A stretch of DNA of 52,802 nucleotides, counting the filler, from Deltaproteobacteria bacterium (GTDB lineage: Bacteria; CG2-30-53-67), in assembly GCA_013151235.1 (NCBI GenBank). It is 3 parts of 3 records of this genome, joined end to end, with 100 filler letters (N's around TTAATTAATTAA, not from the genome) between each part and the next. Parts side by side here need not be neighbours in the genome. Positions count along the whole stretch, not along the records: positions 29,245 to 52,802 come from JAADIO010000048.1; 2 more parts are not named here. One strand, 5' to 3'. The translations under genes were made by a program, and so were the position numbers. The notes beneath the pieces were generated by a model. That model did no database searches and was not told the DNA's origin. It saw only the letters and a list, made by a program, of their open reading frames with translations. This document shows positions 30,730-42,520 of this stretch, piece by piece; position 1 is the stretch's first letter; each line of letters begins with the position of its first letter.

Positions 30730-31233
30730 ATGACGGAAAGTTATTCGGACGAGCAAGTCCGGGAATACCTGAAAAAAGTTGAAGCGGATATTGCGGGAGG
30801 GCGGATCGACTCCGAGACCTTCCGCAACGATTTTTCACTGCACCAGGCCGAGGTGCGGAAGTTCGATTTTGATATTGATGCGGAGGAGGTGCGTGTTGAT
30901 TTCCTCTGCCGGGATTGGCTGAAGGCGAACTCAGGAACGGTCAATCCTTTCCTGCCGCACCGGATCGTTTTCCGGGATGTGGTGCAGATCTATTACCGGA
31001 ACCGGGTGGAGCGGGATCGATTGCGGATTTTCGACCTGGCTCCTTTGTCTGTTTCGGAACGGCTCTTGGAAGCGAAGGACCTCTACCAGTACCGGGTCGA
31101 TTCCGGGAAGAAGCCGATCGCCCTGGAAGTCGATATGCCCCTCGAGGATACGGAACTGGCGATCCTCTGCTCCGAATTCGATGTTTATGTGGGGGATTCC
31201 GTTGTAACGGTTATTCCCGGTTTCCCGGCCTGA
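30730..31233 (+). CDS. Hypothetical protein (167 aa)
   Basis: ATG with RBS-like AGGT; coding-like composition; no family recognised. Confidence 0.65.
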   Translation: MTESYSDEQVREYLKKVEADIAGGRIDSETFRNDFSLHQAEVRKFDFDIDAEEVRVDFLCRDWLKANSGTVNPFLPHRIVFRDVVQIYYRNRVERDRLRIFDLAPLSVSERLLEAKDLYQYRVDSGKKPIALEVDMPLEDTELAILCSEFDVYVGDSVVTVIPGFPA

Positions 31234-31291
31234 TTTTCCTCCCTCTCCCCCCCATCGGAAAAGTATGCTATGATAATCCCTGAGGTGTTCC

Positions 31292-31948
31292 TTGAAGCTC
31301 AAGTGTGATTTTCATCTTCATACCGGTTCCGATCCCTGTGACCGGATCTTTTATTCCGACCGGGAGATCATCGATCTTGCCTGCGGGAAGGGCTACGATG
31401 TTCTCTCCATCACGAATCACGGGGTGGTGACTTTCAGCGATGAACTCCGGGACTATGCCGGGGAGCGGGGGATTCTCCTGATCCCGGGGATGGAACTTCC
31501 GGTAGAGGAGAAGCATGTCCTTTTGATCAATGCGAGACCGGAGCATCAGTCGATCCGGACTTTCGGGGAGCTCCGGGAGGCGAAGGAATCGAGCTTTCTT
31601 ATCATTGCTCCCCATCCGTTTTTCCCGAAATCTTCCTGTCTCAACGGCCGGTTCATGCGGAATCGGGATCTCTTCGATGCAGTGGAATACTCGCACTTCT
31701 ATCACCCGCTACTCAATTTCAACCGGAAGGCGGAGCGGATCTGCCGGGACTACGGGGTTCCGATGATCGGCTCCTCCGATACCCATCTGCTCCGCCAGTT
31801 CGACAGTACCTCGACGATCGTCGAGGCCGAGAAGACGGTCTTGTCGATCGTTCAGGCCATCCGTGCCGGACGGACGGAGGTCGTCACGAAGCCGCTGTCC
31901 TTCTGGAAGATGTTCCGTATCTGGTATCACTTTGAACGGTTGAAGTGA
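31292..31948 (+). CDS. PHP-domain metal-dependent phosphoesterase
   Basis: DFHLHT, SITNH, PGME, HVL, APHPF, SSDTH. Confidence 0.88.
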   Translation: MKLKCDFHLHTGSDPCDRIFYSDREIIDLACGKGYDVLSITNHGVVTFSDELRDYAGERGILLIPGMELPVEEKHVLLINARPEHQSIRTFGELREAKESSFLIIAPHPFFPKSSCLNGRFMRNRDLFDAVEYSHFYHPLLNFNRKAERICRDYGVPMIGSSDTHLLRQFDSTSTIVEAEKTVLSIVQAIRAGRTEVVTKPLSFWKMFRIWYHFERLK

Positions 31949-32026
31949 TCCCGGAAAGAATGGACCGGTTCGTCTGCATCATGGATCTTTGCTCCCTCCT
32001 TGCAGTGCAGATCCTTCATATTTCGT

Positions 32027-32056
32027 TTGACTTGTAAAAAAAATAAGTGATATATT
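32027..32056 (+). promoter_or_regulatory. Putative sigma70 promoter upstream of lipA
   Basis: TTGACT-N18-TATATT with TGn in an AT-rich spacer. Confidence 0.5.
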
Positions 32057-32105
32057 TAATTTTTAACCAATATCAAAGGGTTAGGCAGCGTTTCAGGGAG
32101 GATTC

Positions 32106-33005
32106 ATGACCGTTCAGCGTCTGCCGGACTGGGTGACCAACCGGGCCGGTACGAGTGAAGCCACGCATCAAGTCAAGCGGATCTTGCGAGCCAAAGGGTT
32201 GCATACGGTCTGTGAATCGGCGCTCTGCCCCAACCAGGGGGAGTGTTTCGCAAGGGAGACAGCGACCTTTATGATTTTAGGGGATCACTGTACACGGGAC
32301 TGCGCTTTTTGTGCCGTCGGGCATGAGCGGCCGGGGACCCTCGATGCGGAAGAGCCGATGAAGATTGCTGCGGCGGTTCGTGAACTACACCTGAAACACG
32401 TTGTGATTACCTCGGTGACCCGGGATGACCTTTCCGACGGCGGGAGTCTGCACTTTTCTGAAACGGTCCGTGTCGTGAAAAGTGAGGTGCCGGGCGTCAC
32501 GGTGGAGATCCTGACCCCCGATTTCGGGGGAGACCGGGAGGCGATCCGGGTGGCGGCCGTGTCCGGTGCGGATATCTACAACCATAATGTGGAGACGGTC
32601 CCGCGTCTCTATCCCGAGGTCCGTAGTCGTGCCGATTACCGCAGATCCCTGGATCTTCTTTTTTATGTCAAATGGTGTGCTACGGAGCTGCCGACCAAGT
32701 CGGGTTTCATGCTGGGGTTCGGGGAACAACCGGATGAGGTTATCTCAGTGATGCGGGACCTGCGGGATGTGGGATGCGAGATCCTGACCATAGGACAGTA
32801 TCTGCGGCCCCGGAAAAAGAATGTTCCTGTGGTGGAGTATGTTCCGCAGGAACGGTTCGCCGAATATGAGCGGATCGGTTATGAACTTGGTTTCCAAGTT
32901 GTGATGTCGGGACCCCTGGTGCGGAGTTCTTTCCATGCCGACGAAGCGATGACCGTCCTCGGCAAGACCCCGCAACTCTTCAACAAAGGGCAGCACACGG
33001 AATAG
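32106..33005 (+). CDS. lipA: Lipoyl synthase
   Basis: CESALCPNQGEC (CX4CX5C), CTRDCAFC, TSVTRDDL, RSSF. Confidence 0.96.
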   Translation: MTVQRLPDWVTNRAGTSEATHQVKRILRAKGLHTVCESALCPNQGECFARETATFMILGDHCTRDCAFCAVGHERPGTLDAEEPMKIAAAVRELHLKHVVITSVTRDDLSDGGSLHFSETVRVVKSEVPGVTVEILTPDFGGDREAIRVAAVSGADIYNHNVETVPRLYPEVRSRADYRRSLDLLFYVKWCATELPTKSGFMLGFGEQPDEVISVMRDLRDVGCEILTIGQYLRPRKKNVPVVEYVPQERFAEYERIGYELGFQVVMSGPLVRSSFHADEAMTVLGKTPQLFNKGQHTE

Positions 33006-33017
33006 AGGAGAAATCCC

Positions 33018-34187
33018 TTGGAATTTGTCTTTCGAAGAATTGATCGAATGCCTCCCTACGTTTTCGCCATTGTCAATGACCTGAAGATGAAGGCCCGTCG
33101 ACGCGGAGAAGATGTGATTGACCTGGGGATGGGAAACCCTGATCAGGCGACCCCCCCCCATATTGTCGAGAAGCTGACGGAAGCCGCCCGGCAGGCGAAG
33201 AATCACCGCTATTCCGCCTCCCGGGGGATCCCCAAACTTCGTTCAGCCATTACGGACTGGTACAAGGAGAAGTATGACGTCGATCTCGATCCCGAAACGG
33301 AGGCCATTGCCACCATCGGGTCGAAGGAAGGGATCTCCCACCTTGCCCTTGCCCTGGTCGGTCCGGGGGATGCCGTGCTGGTGCCGAACCCGACCTATCC
33401 GATTCATGCCTACAGCGTGATTATCGCCAACGGCGATGTCCGCCATGTGCCCATGACCCTGGACGGTGACTTCTTTCTTGAATTGAGCGAGGCCTACAAG
33501 CAGACCTGGCCGCGGCCCAAGGTGATGATGCTGAATTTTCCCCACAATCCGACGACGCGGGTGGTGGAGCTTTCTTTTTTCGAGAAGGTGGTGGAGTTTG
33601 CCAAGGAAAATAATGTAATCGTCATCCATGACCTGGCCTATTCCGAACTGGTCTATGACGGTTACAAGGCGCCGAGCTTTCTGCAGGTGCCGGGGGCGAA
33701 AGATGTGGGGGTTGAGTTTACCAGTCTTTCAAAATCGTACAACATGCCGGGCTGGCGCGTCGGATTTGCCACGGGCAACCGGGAGATCATTGCCGCCCTG
33801 ACCCGGATGAAGAGTTATCTCGACTACGGGATGTTTCAGCCGATCCAGATTGCGGCGATCATTGCCCTTAAAGGGCCCCAGGACTGCGTGAAGGAGATCG
33901 TTGAGATGTACCGATCCCGTCGGGACACCCTCTGTGAAGGGTTGACCCGGATCGGATGGGAGGTGGAAAAACCGAAGGCGACGATGTTCGTCTGGGCGCA
34001 GATTCCGGAGAAATACCGTGCCATGGGATCTCTGGAGTTCTCCAAGATGCTCATGGAAAAGGCCAGGGTGGCGGTCTCTCCGGGGATCGGTTTCGGGGAG
34101 TATGGCGACGAATTCGTCCGTTTTGCCCTGGTGGAGAATGAACACCGGACCCGTCAGGCGGTGCGGGGGATTCGAGCGATCTTTTGA
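33018..34187 (+). CDS. alaC: PLP-dependent class I/II aminotransferase, AlaC-like
   Basis: [51 protein letters not shown]; substrate specificity inferred. Confidence 0.75.
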   Translation: MEFVFRRIDRMPPYVFAIVNDLKMKARRRGEDVIDLGMGNPDQATPPHIVEKLTEAARQAKNHRYSASRGIPKLRSAITDWYKEKYDVDLDPETEAIATIGSKEGISHLALALVGPGDAVLVPNPTYPIHAYSVIIANGDVRHVPMTLDGDFFLELSEAYKQTWPRPKVMMLNFPHNPTTRVVELSFFEKVVEFAKENNVIVIHDLAYSELVYDGYKAPSFLQVPGAKDVGVEFTSLSKSYNMPGWRVGFATGNREIIAALTRMKSYLDYGMFQPIQIAAIIALKGPQDCVKEIVEMYRSRRDTLCEGLTRIGWEVEKPKATMFVWAQIPEKYRAMGSLEFSKMLMEKARVAVSPGIGFGEYGDEFVRFALVENEHRTRQAVRGIRAIF

Positions 34188-34221
34188 CAGGGTGCAATCC
34201 GTTTTCAATGGGACAACGCAA

Positions 34222-35541
34222 ATGAAAAAGATTGCAATCGGGCTTTTCGGATTCGGGACCATCGGTACGGGGGTGGCACAGGTCCTCGAAGAGAATCGTG
34301 AGGTGATTTCGCGCCGTCTCGGCGCCGAACTCTTCCTGAAGAAGATTGTCGATCTTGATATTGAGACCGACCGGGGCATGACCCTGGACCGGAAGATTCT
34401 CTCCACAAACAGCGAAGAGATCCTAAACGATCCGGAAATATCCATCGTGATCGAGCTGATCGGGGGAACCGGGGCGGCAAAGAAGGTTGTGGAAGCGGCC
34501 CTTTCCGCCGGGAAGCATGTGGTGACGGCCAACAAGGCGCTACTGGCCATTCACGGGGAAGAACTCTGCAAAAAGGCGCGACAACAGGGCGTGAAAATCT
34601 GCTACGAGGCGAGCGTGGGAGGAGGGATCCCGATTCTTCGTACGTTAAAAGAGGGACTCCCGGCGAACCGGATCGAGTCGATCTACGGAATTGTGAACGG
34701 TACGGCAAACTATATCCTGACGAAGATGACCGAAGAAGGGGAAGCCTTCGACAAGGTCCTGAAGGAGGCGATGGACCGCGGCTATGCCGAGGCGGATCCG
34801 ACCTACGATGTGGAAGGGATCGACTCGGCCCACAAACTGGCGATTCTGGCGTCCCTTGCCTTCGGGACACCCGTCCCCTTCGATCAGGTTTACACGGAAG
34901 GGATTTCACGGATTACTCCCCTCGATATTGAATATGCCAGGGGATTTGGATACAAGATCAAGCTGTTGGGAATTACCAAGGCCTCCGATAATTCCATCGA
35001 GGTCCGGGTTCATCCGACAATGATTCCCGAGAGTACCCTGCTGGCCCAGGTGAATGGTGTCCTCAATGCGATCTATGTGAATGGGAATGCCGTGGGGCCG
35101 ACCCTCTACTACGGCAAGGGGGCCGGGGCACTGCCGACGGCGAGCGCCGTGGTGGGCGACCTGATGGAGATTGCCCGGGACCTTCTGTATGGCGGTGTCG
35201 AACGTGTTCCCCTGGAATCCTTTCCGGAGGAATATCGGAAACCTGTGGTTGTGCGGGCCATGAACGAAGTGAGGACGAGATATTTTCTCCGCTTCTCCAC
35301 GGCGGACCGCCCCGGAGTGCTTTCGAAGATTTCCGGGATCCTGGCTGATTTCGGGATCAGTATCTCTTCGGTGATTCAGACGGGTCGTAAATCCGACGGG
35401 CCGGTCCCGATCGTCATGGTGACCCACATGGCCCGGGAACGGAATGTAAAGGAGGCCCTGGCCCGGATCGATGCCCTGGCGATGACGGAGGGGGAGACGG
35501 TGCTGATCCGGATTGAGGATCAAAATGGGGGAGAGGAATAG
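34222..35541 (+). CDS. hom: Homoserine dehydrogenase with C-terminal ACT domain
   Basis: GFGTIGTG, VVTANKA, EASVGGGIP, GYAEADPTYDVEG, DRPGVL; start reassigned to ATG at 34222. Confidence 0.95.
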   Translation: MKKIAIGLFGFGTIGTGVAQVLEENREVISRRLGAELFLKKIVDLDIETDRGMTLDRKILSTNSEEILNDPEISIVIELIGGTGAAKKVVEAALSAGKHVVTANKALLAIHGEELCKKARQQGVKICYEASVGGGIPILRTLKEGLPANRIESIYGIVNGTANYILTKMTEEGEAFDKVLKEAMDRGYAEADPTYDVEGIDSAHKLAILASLAFGTPVPFDQVYTEGISRITPLDIEYARGFGYKIKLLGITKASDNSIEVRVHPTMIPESTLLAQVNGVLNAIYVNGNAVGPTLYYGKGAGALPTASAVVGDLMEIARDLLYGGVERVPLESFPEEYRKPVVVRAMNEVRTRYFLRFSTADRPGVLSKISGILADFGISISSVIQTGRKSDGPVPIVMVTHMARERNVKEALARIDALAMTEGETVLIRIEDQNGGEE

Positions 35542-35652
35542 AAAAAAGGGGCAGGCACAAAGCAAAGTCAAAAACGCAAAGCATTCACCATAGAGACGAT
35601 TAAGAATGAAAAAGCTGACTGCTGAAAGCTAAAATCATAAGGAGTGTAACGG

Positions 35653-36711
35653 TTGAAACGTTGGCGAGGAGTGATTGAAGAGTACCGTGAATTTTTGTCC
35701 GTGACGGATACGACCCCGGTGGTGACCCTGCTGGAAGGGGATACGCCGCTTATTCATGCGAAGCGGCTGGCCGAGGCAATCCATCCGGATCTTTCGATCT
35801 ATCTGAAATACGATGGGGCGAATCCGACGGGGTCTTTCAAGGACCGGGGGATGACCATGGCGATCTCCAAGGCGGTGGAGGCCGGGGCGAAGGCCGTGAT
35901 CTGTGCTTCCACAGGAAACACTTCCGCCGCTGCCGCGGCCTATGCGGCATGCTGCGGGATTCGGGCCTTTGTCCTGATCCCCGAGGGGAAGATCGCCCTG
36001 GGAAAACTCTCCCAGGCGATGATGCACGGGGCGAAGGTCCTCCAGATCCGGGGCAATTTTGATGAGGCACTGAACATCGTCCGGGAGGTCTCGGCACACT
36101 ATCCGATCACCCTGGTGAACTCCATTAACCCTTACCGGATTGAGGGACAGACCACCGCCGCCTACGAGGTCTGCGACCAGCTGGGCGGTCCTCCTGATTA
36201 TCATGCGCTTCCCGTGGGGAATGCCGGGAACATCACGGCCTACTGGAAGGGGTATCGCAACTATCGGGAGGCGGGGAGAATCGACCGGTTGCCGAGGATG
36301 ATCGGTTTTCAGGCGGCAGGGGCGGCACCGATCGTCCTGGGCCACCCCGTGGAGCACCCGGAGACGGTGGCCACGGCGATCCGGATCGGGAATCCCGCTT
36401 CGTGGAAATTCGCCGAAGCGGCGGCGGTGGAGTCCGAGGGGAAGATCGACTGCGTGACGGATGAGGAGATCCTGAGTGCCTACCGGATGATCGCCTCCCT
36501 GGAAGGGATCTTCTGCGAACCGGCCTCGGCCGCCTCGGTGGCGGGTGTGATCAAGCGGAACAGGGAGGTCGGTTTTGAGAAAGGGAGTACCATTGTCTGT
36601 ACCCTGACCGGCCACGGGCTCAAGGACCCCGATACGGCGATCTCCGTTTCGGAGAAGCCGGTTACCGTCCGGGCCGCAATTGATGAAGTGATCGAGGTGC
36701 TGGGATACTGA
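35653..36711 (+). CDS. thrC: Threonine synthase
   Basis: [37 protein letters not shown]. Confidence 0.95.
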   Translation: MKRWRGVIEEYREFLSVTDTTPVVTLLEGDTPLIHAKRLAEAIHPDLSIYLKYDGANPTGSFKDRGMTMAISKAVEAGAKAVICASTGNTSAAAAAYAACCGIRAFVLIPEGKIALGKLSQAMMHGAKVLQIRGNFDEALNIVREVSAHYPITLVNSINPYRIEGQTTAAYEVCDQLGGPPDYHALPVGNAGNITAYWKGYRNYREAGRIDRLPRMIGFQAAGAAPIVLGHPVEHPETVATAIRIGNPASWKFAEAAAVESEGKIDCVTDEEILSAYRMIASLEGIFCEPASAASVAGVIKRNREVGFEKGSTIVCTLTGHGLKDPDTAISVSEKPVTVRAAIDEVIEVLGY

Positions 36712-36755
36712 TCGGGTGCTCCTCAGGATTCCGCTTGAGGACCCCGGAGGAAATG

Positions 36756-37943
36756 ATGAAATATATTGTATTGTTAGGCGACGGGATGGCGGATCGGCCC
36801 CTGAAAGAATTCGGGGGGAAAACGCCTCTGCAGGTTGCCGAAACACCGAATATGGACCGTCTTGCCGCAGGCGGGGAGATGGGACTGGTACGGACCGTTC
36901 CGGATTCGTTTACGCCCGGAAGCGATGTGGCCAACCTTTCCGTACTCGGATATGATCCGGTACGTTACTTCTCCGGACGGGCTCCCCTCGAGGCGGCGAG
37001 CATGGGGGTGGAACTGGGGCCGGCGGATGTTGCCTTCCGGTGCAACCTGGTGACCCTGCAGGATGACAAAATGGCCGATTTCAGTGCCGGTCACATCAGC
37101 ACCGGGGAGGCGGAAGGGTTGATCCGGGCGGTGGATGCCGAGCTTTCCGATGCGGAGATTTCGTTCTATCCCGGTGTCAGCTATCGTCATCTCATGGTCT
37201 GGCGAGGGGGGAAGACCGGGGCGGTCTGCACCCCGCCCCATGATATCAGCGGACAGCCGGTGCGGGAATATCTTCCGCGAGGGACCGGTTCGGAACGGCT
37301 GAACGATCTGATGCTTTGCTCCCGGAGTGTGCTGGCGGATCATCCCGTCAATCAGAACCGGGTCCTGCATGGGGATGCTCCCGCCAATTCGATCTGGCTC
37401 TGGGGGCAGGGGAATCGTCCCTCTTTGCCCACGTTTCAGGAAAAATACGGGGTGACGGGGGGGGTGATCTCTGCGGTGGACCTGATGAAGGGGATCGCGA
37501 TCTATGCGGGGCTGAAAGCGGTCCATGTTCCCGGGGCCACCGGCTATTTTGACACCAATTTCCGGGGGAAGGCCCTGGCCGCGCTGGATCTGCTGGCCGA
37601 GGATGATTTTGTCTATCTCCATGTGGAAGCGGCTGACGAAGCCGGGCACATCGGGGATGCCGGGGAAAAGGTCCGGGCGATCGAAAACTTTGATCAACGG
37701 GTCGTCGGGGAACTTTTGCAGGGGTTGCCGAAACTCGGCGATTTCCGGATTCTGCTTCTGCCCGATCATCCGACGCCGATCGGAATCCGGACGCACAGCA
37801 GCGATCCGGCCCCCTTCGTTCTCTATGACAGCCGCAATATCCGGGAATCGGGTCGGCGCTATGATGAGGAGACCGCTGCAAAAGCCGGTCGGCTTGTGGA
37901 TCCGGGCTATCAAATTATGGACCTTTTGATCAGGGAAGTGTAA
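36756..37943 (+). CDS. apgM: ApgM-family cofactor-independent phosphoglycerate mutase-like protein
   Basis: [39 protein letters not shown]; start at 36753 or 36756. Confidence 0.88.
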   Translation: MKYIVLLGDGMADRPLKEFGGKTPLQVAETPNMDRLAAGGEMGLVRTVPDSFTPGSDVANLSVLGYDPVRYFSGRAPLEAASMGVELGPADVAFRCNLVTLQDDKMADFSAGHISTGEAEGLIRAVDAELSDAEISFYPGVSYRHLMVWRGGKTGAVCTPPHDISGQPVREYLPRGTGSERLNDLMLCSRSVLADHPVNQNRVLHGDAPANSIWLWGQGNRPSLPTFQEKYGVTGGVISAVDLMKGIAIYAGLKAVHVPGATGYFDTNFRGKALAALDLLAEDDFVYLHVEAADEAGHIGDAGEKVRAIENFDQRVVGELLQGLPKLGDFRILLLPDHPTPIGIRTHSSDPAPFVLYDSRNIRESGRRYDEETAAKAGRLVDPGYQIMDLLIREV

Positions 37944-37944
37944 C

Positions 37945-39198
37945 GTGGGGTTGATCGTTCAGAAATACGGGGGTACTTCGGTCCGGGATGTCGACCGGAT
38001 CCGCCATGTGGCCGGGAGAGTCGCCGGTGTCAAGAAGGCCGGCCATGATGTGATTGTCGTTGTTTCCGCGATGGCGGGAGAGACGAACAAGCTCGTGGGA
38101 TGGGCCAATGAACTGACCGATCTTCCCGATGAACGGGAGTTTGATCTCCTCCTCTCCTCGGGGGAACGGATCACGAGCGCCCTTCTGGCGATTGCACTGC
38201 AAACGATCGGGTGTGCAGCAGAATCCTTTACGGGTCGTCAGGCGGGGATTATCACCGACTTCGCCCATGGGCGGGCGAGGATTTCCCGGATTACGGGGGA
38301 ACGGATTCGGGCGGCCCTGGACAAAGGTAAGATTGCCGTGGTGGCGGGATTCCAGGGGATTGATGAGAAGTCCGATGTCTCCACCCTCGGCCGGGGAGGC
38401 TCCGATACCTCCGCCGTGGCTCTGGCTGCCGCCCTCGGCGCGGACCTTTGTGAGATCTATACCGATGTGGACGGGGTCTATACCACGGATCCCAATATTG
38501 TTTCCGAGGCACGAAAGCTGGATCGAATCTCCTATGATGAGATGCTGGAACTGGCCAGCCTCGGTGCCAGGGTTCTCCAGACGCGCTCGGTGGAATTGGC
38601 GAAGAAGTTCAACGTACCGGTCATGGTCCGTTCCAGTTTTAATGAACATGCGGGGACTCTGGTCTCCAAAGAGGAGAAAGAAATGGAAGATGTGGTCGTC
38701 TCCGGGATTGCCTTCAACAAGAACGAAGCCAAGGTCTCCGCCATCGGAATTCCCGACCGGCCCGGTGTGGCGATGCGGATCTTCCGGACCCTGTCCGCTG
38801 CAGGAATCCTTGTCGATATGATCGTTCAGAACATCGGCAGGGACGGGATGGCCGATCTGACCTTCACCGTCTCCAAGGAAGATCTTCCGAAGGCGCAGAA
38901 GATCATGGGGGAGTTGGAGAATGAACTGGGCATGGAGGAGATTCATGTCGATGACGATATTGTTAAGGTGGCCATTGTCGGGGTGGGGATGCGTTCCCAT
39001 ACGGGGGTGGCGGCGAAGATGTTTGAATGTCTGGCCGATGCCGGTGTGAATATCGAGATGATCAGTACCTCGGAGATCAAGGTCTCCTGTATTATCAATG
39101 CAAAATATTTTGAGCTGGCCGTCCGGGAGCTCCATAAAGCCTTCGGATTAGAGAAGGGGGAAATCCACCACGAACGGAAGCACCCCATCCAGCCCTGA
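37945..39198 (+). CDS. lysC: Aspartate kinase
   Basis: [31 protein letters not shown], two ACT domains, STSEIK. Confidence 0.96.
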   Translation: MGLIVQKYGGTSVRDVDRIRHVAGRVAGVKKAGHDVIVVVSAMAGETNKLVGWANELTDLPDEREFDLLLSSGERITSALLAIALQTIGCAAESFTGRQAGIITDFAHGRARISRITGERIRAALDKGKIAVVAGFQGIDEKSDVSTLGRGGSDTSAVALAAALGADLCEIYTDVDGVYTTDPNIVSEARKLDRISYDEMLELASLGARVLQTRSVELAKKFNVPVMVRSSFNEHAGTLVSKEEKEMEDVVVSGIAFNKNEAKVSAIGIPDRPGVAMRIFRTLSAAGILVDMIVQNIGRDGMADLTFTVSKEDLPKAQKIMGELENELGMEEIHVDDDIVKVAIVGVGMRSHTGVAAKMFECLADAGVNIEMISTSEIKVSCIINAKYFELAVRELHKAFGLEKGEIHHERKHPIQP

Positions 39199-39222
39199 CC
39201 TTTTTCAATGCCTTCAAGGAAT

Positions 39223-39354
39223 GATGGTGTCGTAAAAAGTCACGAAGCCCTTCGACAAGCTCAGGGCGAACGGTGTAAGTGATTGATATTCCGTTCGTGG
39301 TGAGCTTGTCGAACCATGAACGGAATCCGGAAAACGACTTTTTACGAGAGCATC
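39223..39354. mobile_element. MITE copy B (132 bp) carrying REP-like hairpins
   Basis: TIRs GATGGTGTCGTAAAAAGTC / GACTTTTTACGAGAGCATC; flanking direct repeat AAGGAAT at 39216-39222 and 39355-39361. Confidence 0.92.
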
Positions 39355-39367
39355 AAGGAATGAACGG

Positions 39368-40936
39368 ATGAATGCTGTGACCCTCTACGATACCACCCTC
39401 CGGGACGGGACCCAGGCGGAAGATGTCTCTCTTTCCGTGCATGACAAACTACGGATCACGGAACAGCTTGACGCCTTCGGGATCCACTATATCGAAGGAG
39501 GGTGGCCGGGCTCAAACCCGAAGGATATCGACTATTTCCGGGAGGTGCAGGGGCTTGATCTGAAACGATCCCGGATCGTCGCCTTCGGCAGCACGCGGCG
39601 GGGCGGCATTACCCCGGGTCGGGATACCAATCTCCGGGCGATCATGAAGTCGGGCGTGCAGGTGGCGACCATTTTCGGAAAGTCCTGGGACCTCCATGTG
39701 AAACATGCCCTCCATGTATCGCAGAAGGAAAACCTTGCCATGATCCGGGAGTCGGTGGCCTATCTGAAGAAACGCCTCGACGAGGTCATCTACGATGCCG
39801 AACATTTTTTCGACGGTTACAAGGCCAATCCGGACTATGCGCTGCAGACGCTGGAAGCGGCGGAAGCCGGCGGGGCGGACCGGATCATCCTCTGCGATAC
39901 CAACGGCGGGGCTCTTCCCTTCGAGATCGGGGGGGTCATGGACCGGGTGCGGCAGCGTATTTCCACGCCTCTCGGTATCCATGCGCACAACGATGCGGAG
40001 ATGGCCGTGGCCAACTCCATTATGGCCGTCCGGCACGGAGCCGTCCAGGTCCATGGGACCATCAACGGATACGGGGAACGGTGCGGGAATGCGAATCTCT
40101 GTTCCCTCATTCCGAACCTGGTGTTGAAACTGAAAGTCTCCTGTGTAACGAAGCAGGACCTGGCGAAACTTCGGGATCTTTCGCGTTACGTGGCGGAGAT
40201 TGCCAACCTGCCGCACAGTAAACGCTTCCCCTATGTGGGGGATTCCGCCTTTGCACACAAAGCGGGTATCCATGTCAGCGCCGTCCGGAAGTTGGCCGAG
40301 ACTTACGAACATGTGCATCCTGAATGGGTCGGGAACCACCGGCGGGTCCTGGTCTCCGACCTGTCCGGGAGGAGCAACATTCTCTACAAGGCCCGGAAGT
40401 ACGGCATTGACGTGGAGGGGCGTTCCAAAGAGGTGAAAAGGATCGTCCGGCAGTTGAAGCAGTTGGAAAACGAAGGGTTCCAGTTTGAAGGGGCGGAAGG
40501 CTCCTTCGAGGTCCTGATGCGGAAGGCCCTCGGCAAGGGGAAACGCTATTTCGATCTTCTCGGCTTCCGGGTTATCAACGAAAAGCGGGGGGAGGCCCCG
40601 ACCGATTGCGAAGCGACGATTATGATGCGGGGACCCGACGGCCGGGTGGTACATGAGGCCGCCGTGGGAAACGGTCCGGTCAATGCCCTCGATCAGGCCC
40701 TGCGGAAGGCGCTTTATGCATTCTACCCGGAATTGAAAGAGGTGCGTCTCTCCGACTACAAGGTCCGGGTTCTGACGGAGAAGAGCGGGACCTCCGCCAA
40801 CGTTCGGGTTCTTACCGAATCCTGCGACGGGGCCGACTGCTGGGGAACCGTGGGGGTTTCCGAGAATGTCATTGAGGCATCGTGGCAGGCGCTGGTGGAC
40901 AGCCTGGTGTATAAGCTGATGAAAGACAAGCGATGA
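39368..40936 (+). CDS. cimA: Citramalate synthase
   Basis: [60 protein letters not shown]. Confidence 0.92.
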   Translation: MNAVTLYDTTLRDGTQAEDVSLSVHDKLRITEQLDAFGIHYIEGGWPGSNPKDIDYFREVQGLDLKRSRIVAFGSTRRGGITPGRDTNLRAIMKSGVQVATIFGKSWDLHVKHALHVSQKENLAMIRESVAYLKKRLDEVIYDAEHFFDGYKANPDYALQTLEAAEAGGADRIILCDTNGGALPFEIGGVMDRVRQRISTPLGIHAHNDAEMAVANSIMAVRHGAVQVHGTINGYGERCGNANLCSLIPNLVLKLKVSCVTKQDLAKLRDLSRYVAEIANLPHSKRFPYVGDSAFAHKAGIHVSAVRKLAETYEHVHPEWVGNHRRVLVSDLSGRSNILYKARKYGIDVEGRSKEVKRIVRQLKQLENEGFQFEGAEGSFEVLMRKALGKGKRYFDLLGFRVINEKRGEAPTDCEATIMMRGPDGRVVHEAAVGNGPVNALDQALRKALYAFYPELKEVRLSDYKVRVLTEKSGTSANVRVLTESCDGADCWGTVGVSENVIEASWQALVDSLVYKLMKDKR

Positions 40937-41364
40937 TCGAAGAAATCGGTGTTGTTGTCTCTGTGGAGGGGACGAAGGCGACGGTCCGTACGGAACGGAG
41001 TCATGCCTGTGAAGGGTGTGCGTCCGCCGGATTCTGTAACCTCTCCGAAGGAGAGGGGGCCGTTACGGTGGTGGCGAAAAATCCTCTCGAAGCTTCCGTG
41101 GGACAGACCGTCCGCGTGGCGATCCCGACGGAAAGCTTTCTTTCGGGCACCTTTTTCCTCTACCTGTTCCCCCTGATCGGGCTCTTCGCCGGAATGGCCG
41201 CAGGAATTTACTTCTCCGGGATCTTTTCCTTGAAAGCACGGGACCCGGCGGCGGCCTCCGGGGCACTCATCGGGCTTGTTCTCTTCTTTCTTCTTCAGCG
41301 ACTCTTCAATCAGCGGATTTCCGGGAGTCCCCGTTTTCAGCCTGCCATTGTTGAAATTTTTTAG
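40933..41364 (+). CDS. RseC/MucC family membrane protein
   Basis: [23 protein letters not shown], two TM helices. Confidence 0.85.
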   Translation: MIEEIGVVVSVEGTKATVRTERSHACEGCASAGFCNLSEGEGAVTVVAKNPLEASVGQTVRVAIPTESFLSGTFFLYLFPLIGLFAGMAAGIYFSGIFSLKARDPAAASGALIGLVLFFLLQRLFNQRISGSPRFQPAIVEIF

Positions 41365-41424
41365 CCCGTCATTTGTCGGTTTTTGTTTTCGGATTTCTGA
41401 TGTCCGGTTCCGAATCTCCGATTT

Positions 41425-41616
41425 CTAAAAGAAGTGCCTTGCCAGGTAGATGAGGAGGAGTCCTGCGCCGAGGGTCAGAAAACCGAAGGTGCGAATCGCG
41501 CTGTCCGGGAATTGCGGGAGGCGTGAGGCAAGATCTTTGACCTGCCGGGGGAATGTAAAGTAGGAGAGCCCTTCGATAATCATGGCAAGTCCGAGGGCGG
41601 AAAGAAAGAGTTCCAT
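41425..41616 (-). CDS. DUF2065 (YjeT-like) small membrane protein
   Basis: ALGLAMIIEGL..F.FP...IRTFG; start at ATG 41616. Confidence 0.8.
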   Translation of the reverse strand: MELFLSALGLAMIIEGLSYFTFPRQVKDLASRLPQFPDSAIRTFGFLTLGAGLLLIYLARHFF

Positions 41617-41617
41617 C

Positions 41618-42241
41618 TTAATCGGCGTATACCGTGACGATGAGGGAACCATTTGTAATACGGACATCCTTGATCGTCCGGACTTCCTTCTTGAAAGGGT
41701 TTAAATCCAGTGCATTGAGAAAGTTCGGAATGAGGCCCGGAGGGATATGCAATTTCCCCAGGATGACGCGCTCCAGGTCAAAGTAAACCCGGTCGGAACG
41801 AAGAGTCGGACGGGTGTAGATGCGAAAGGTAATGGTGATCTTCTCGAAGTTCCGCAAAAGCGAAAAAGGAAATGATCGGGCAAATGATTTGCCGGCAAAG
41901 GGACGGAAGAGGCCGGAAAAAATGATCCTGTTTTTTTGCAGGGTTCCCCGAATGGTTGTAACTTGTTCGTTTCTGAGCTTTTCCTGAAGCCAGGAGTTGA
42001 TCTCCAACTGTGAAAAGGTGATGTCCCGAGTCTTCTGATAGTTGAAGGCCAGGGTTTCATCGATCAGCATCTTGGTGAATTTGGCCTGGCAGCTTTTTGC
42101 GGCTTCCGGTGAGGTTGGAGTGACTCGAATGGGAACCGTGGAAAAGACCTTCAGGGTGAGAAAGAGAACTCCGGCGATCAGACAGAAAAGAATGATGCCG
42201 ACGAGGATGCCCGTGGGGGTTTTGTTTTTGCGAGCGACCAT
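41618..42241 (-). CDS. Hypothetical membrane-anchored protein
   Basis: N-terminal TM helix, then ITFSQLEINSWL and LGKLHIP; co-oriented with DUF2065. Confidence 0.7.
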   Translation of the reverse strand: MVARKNKTPTGILVGIILFCLIAGVLFLTLKVFSTVPIRVTPTSPEAAKSCQAKFTKMLIDETLAFNYQKTRDITFSQLEINSWLQEKLRNEQVTTIRGTLQKNRIIFSGLFRPFAGKSFARSFPFSLLRNFEKITITFRIYTRPTLRSDRVYFDLERVILGKLHIPPGLIPNFLNALDLNPFKKEVRTIKDVRITNGSLIVTVYAD

Positions 42242-42520
42242 ATTGTCCCGGATGCAAAAGTGACGGATTTATACCTGTCCCGTGATGTTTCATGACGCAA
42301 CACAAGCCGTTGGATCTGTTGCCTCATTTGTCGCATAAGCTACAATAAGTGACGGACGAAAGTCAATCTCTTTCCTGTGAGCAAAGGTAGGCAGGGGGGG
42401 GTGGGATGGACAAGCTTCAAACCTGCTGTTCGGTGCCGGCCTTCCGGGAAAAAGTGATTTTCAACGGAACCGTTTCGGGGTATAGTAAAATGGTTTTCTG
42501 CGCGTATCCCCGAGGAGAAG

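Noticed and set aside
35614-35634. Heptamer run GCTGACT GCTGAAA GCTAAAA, and a similar low-complexity tract at about 41370-41424
   Set aside because: Too short and degenerate to separate from chance without genome-wide counts.
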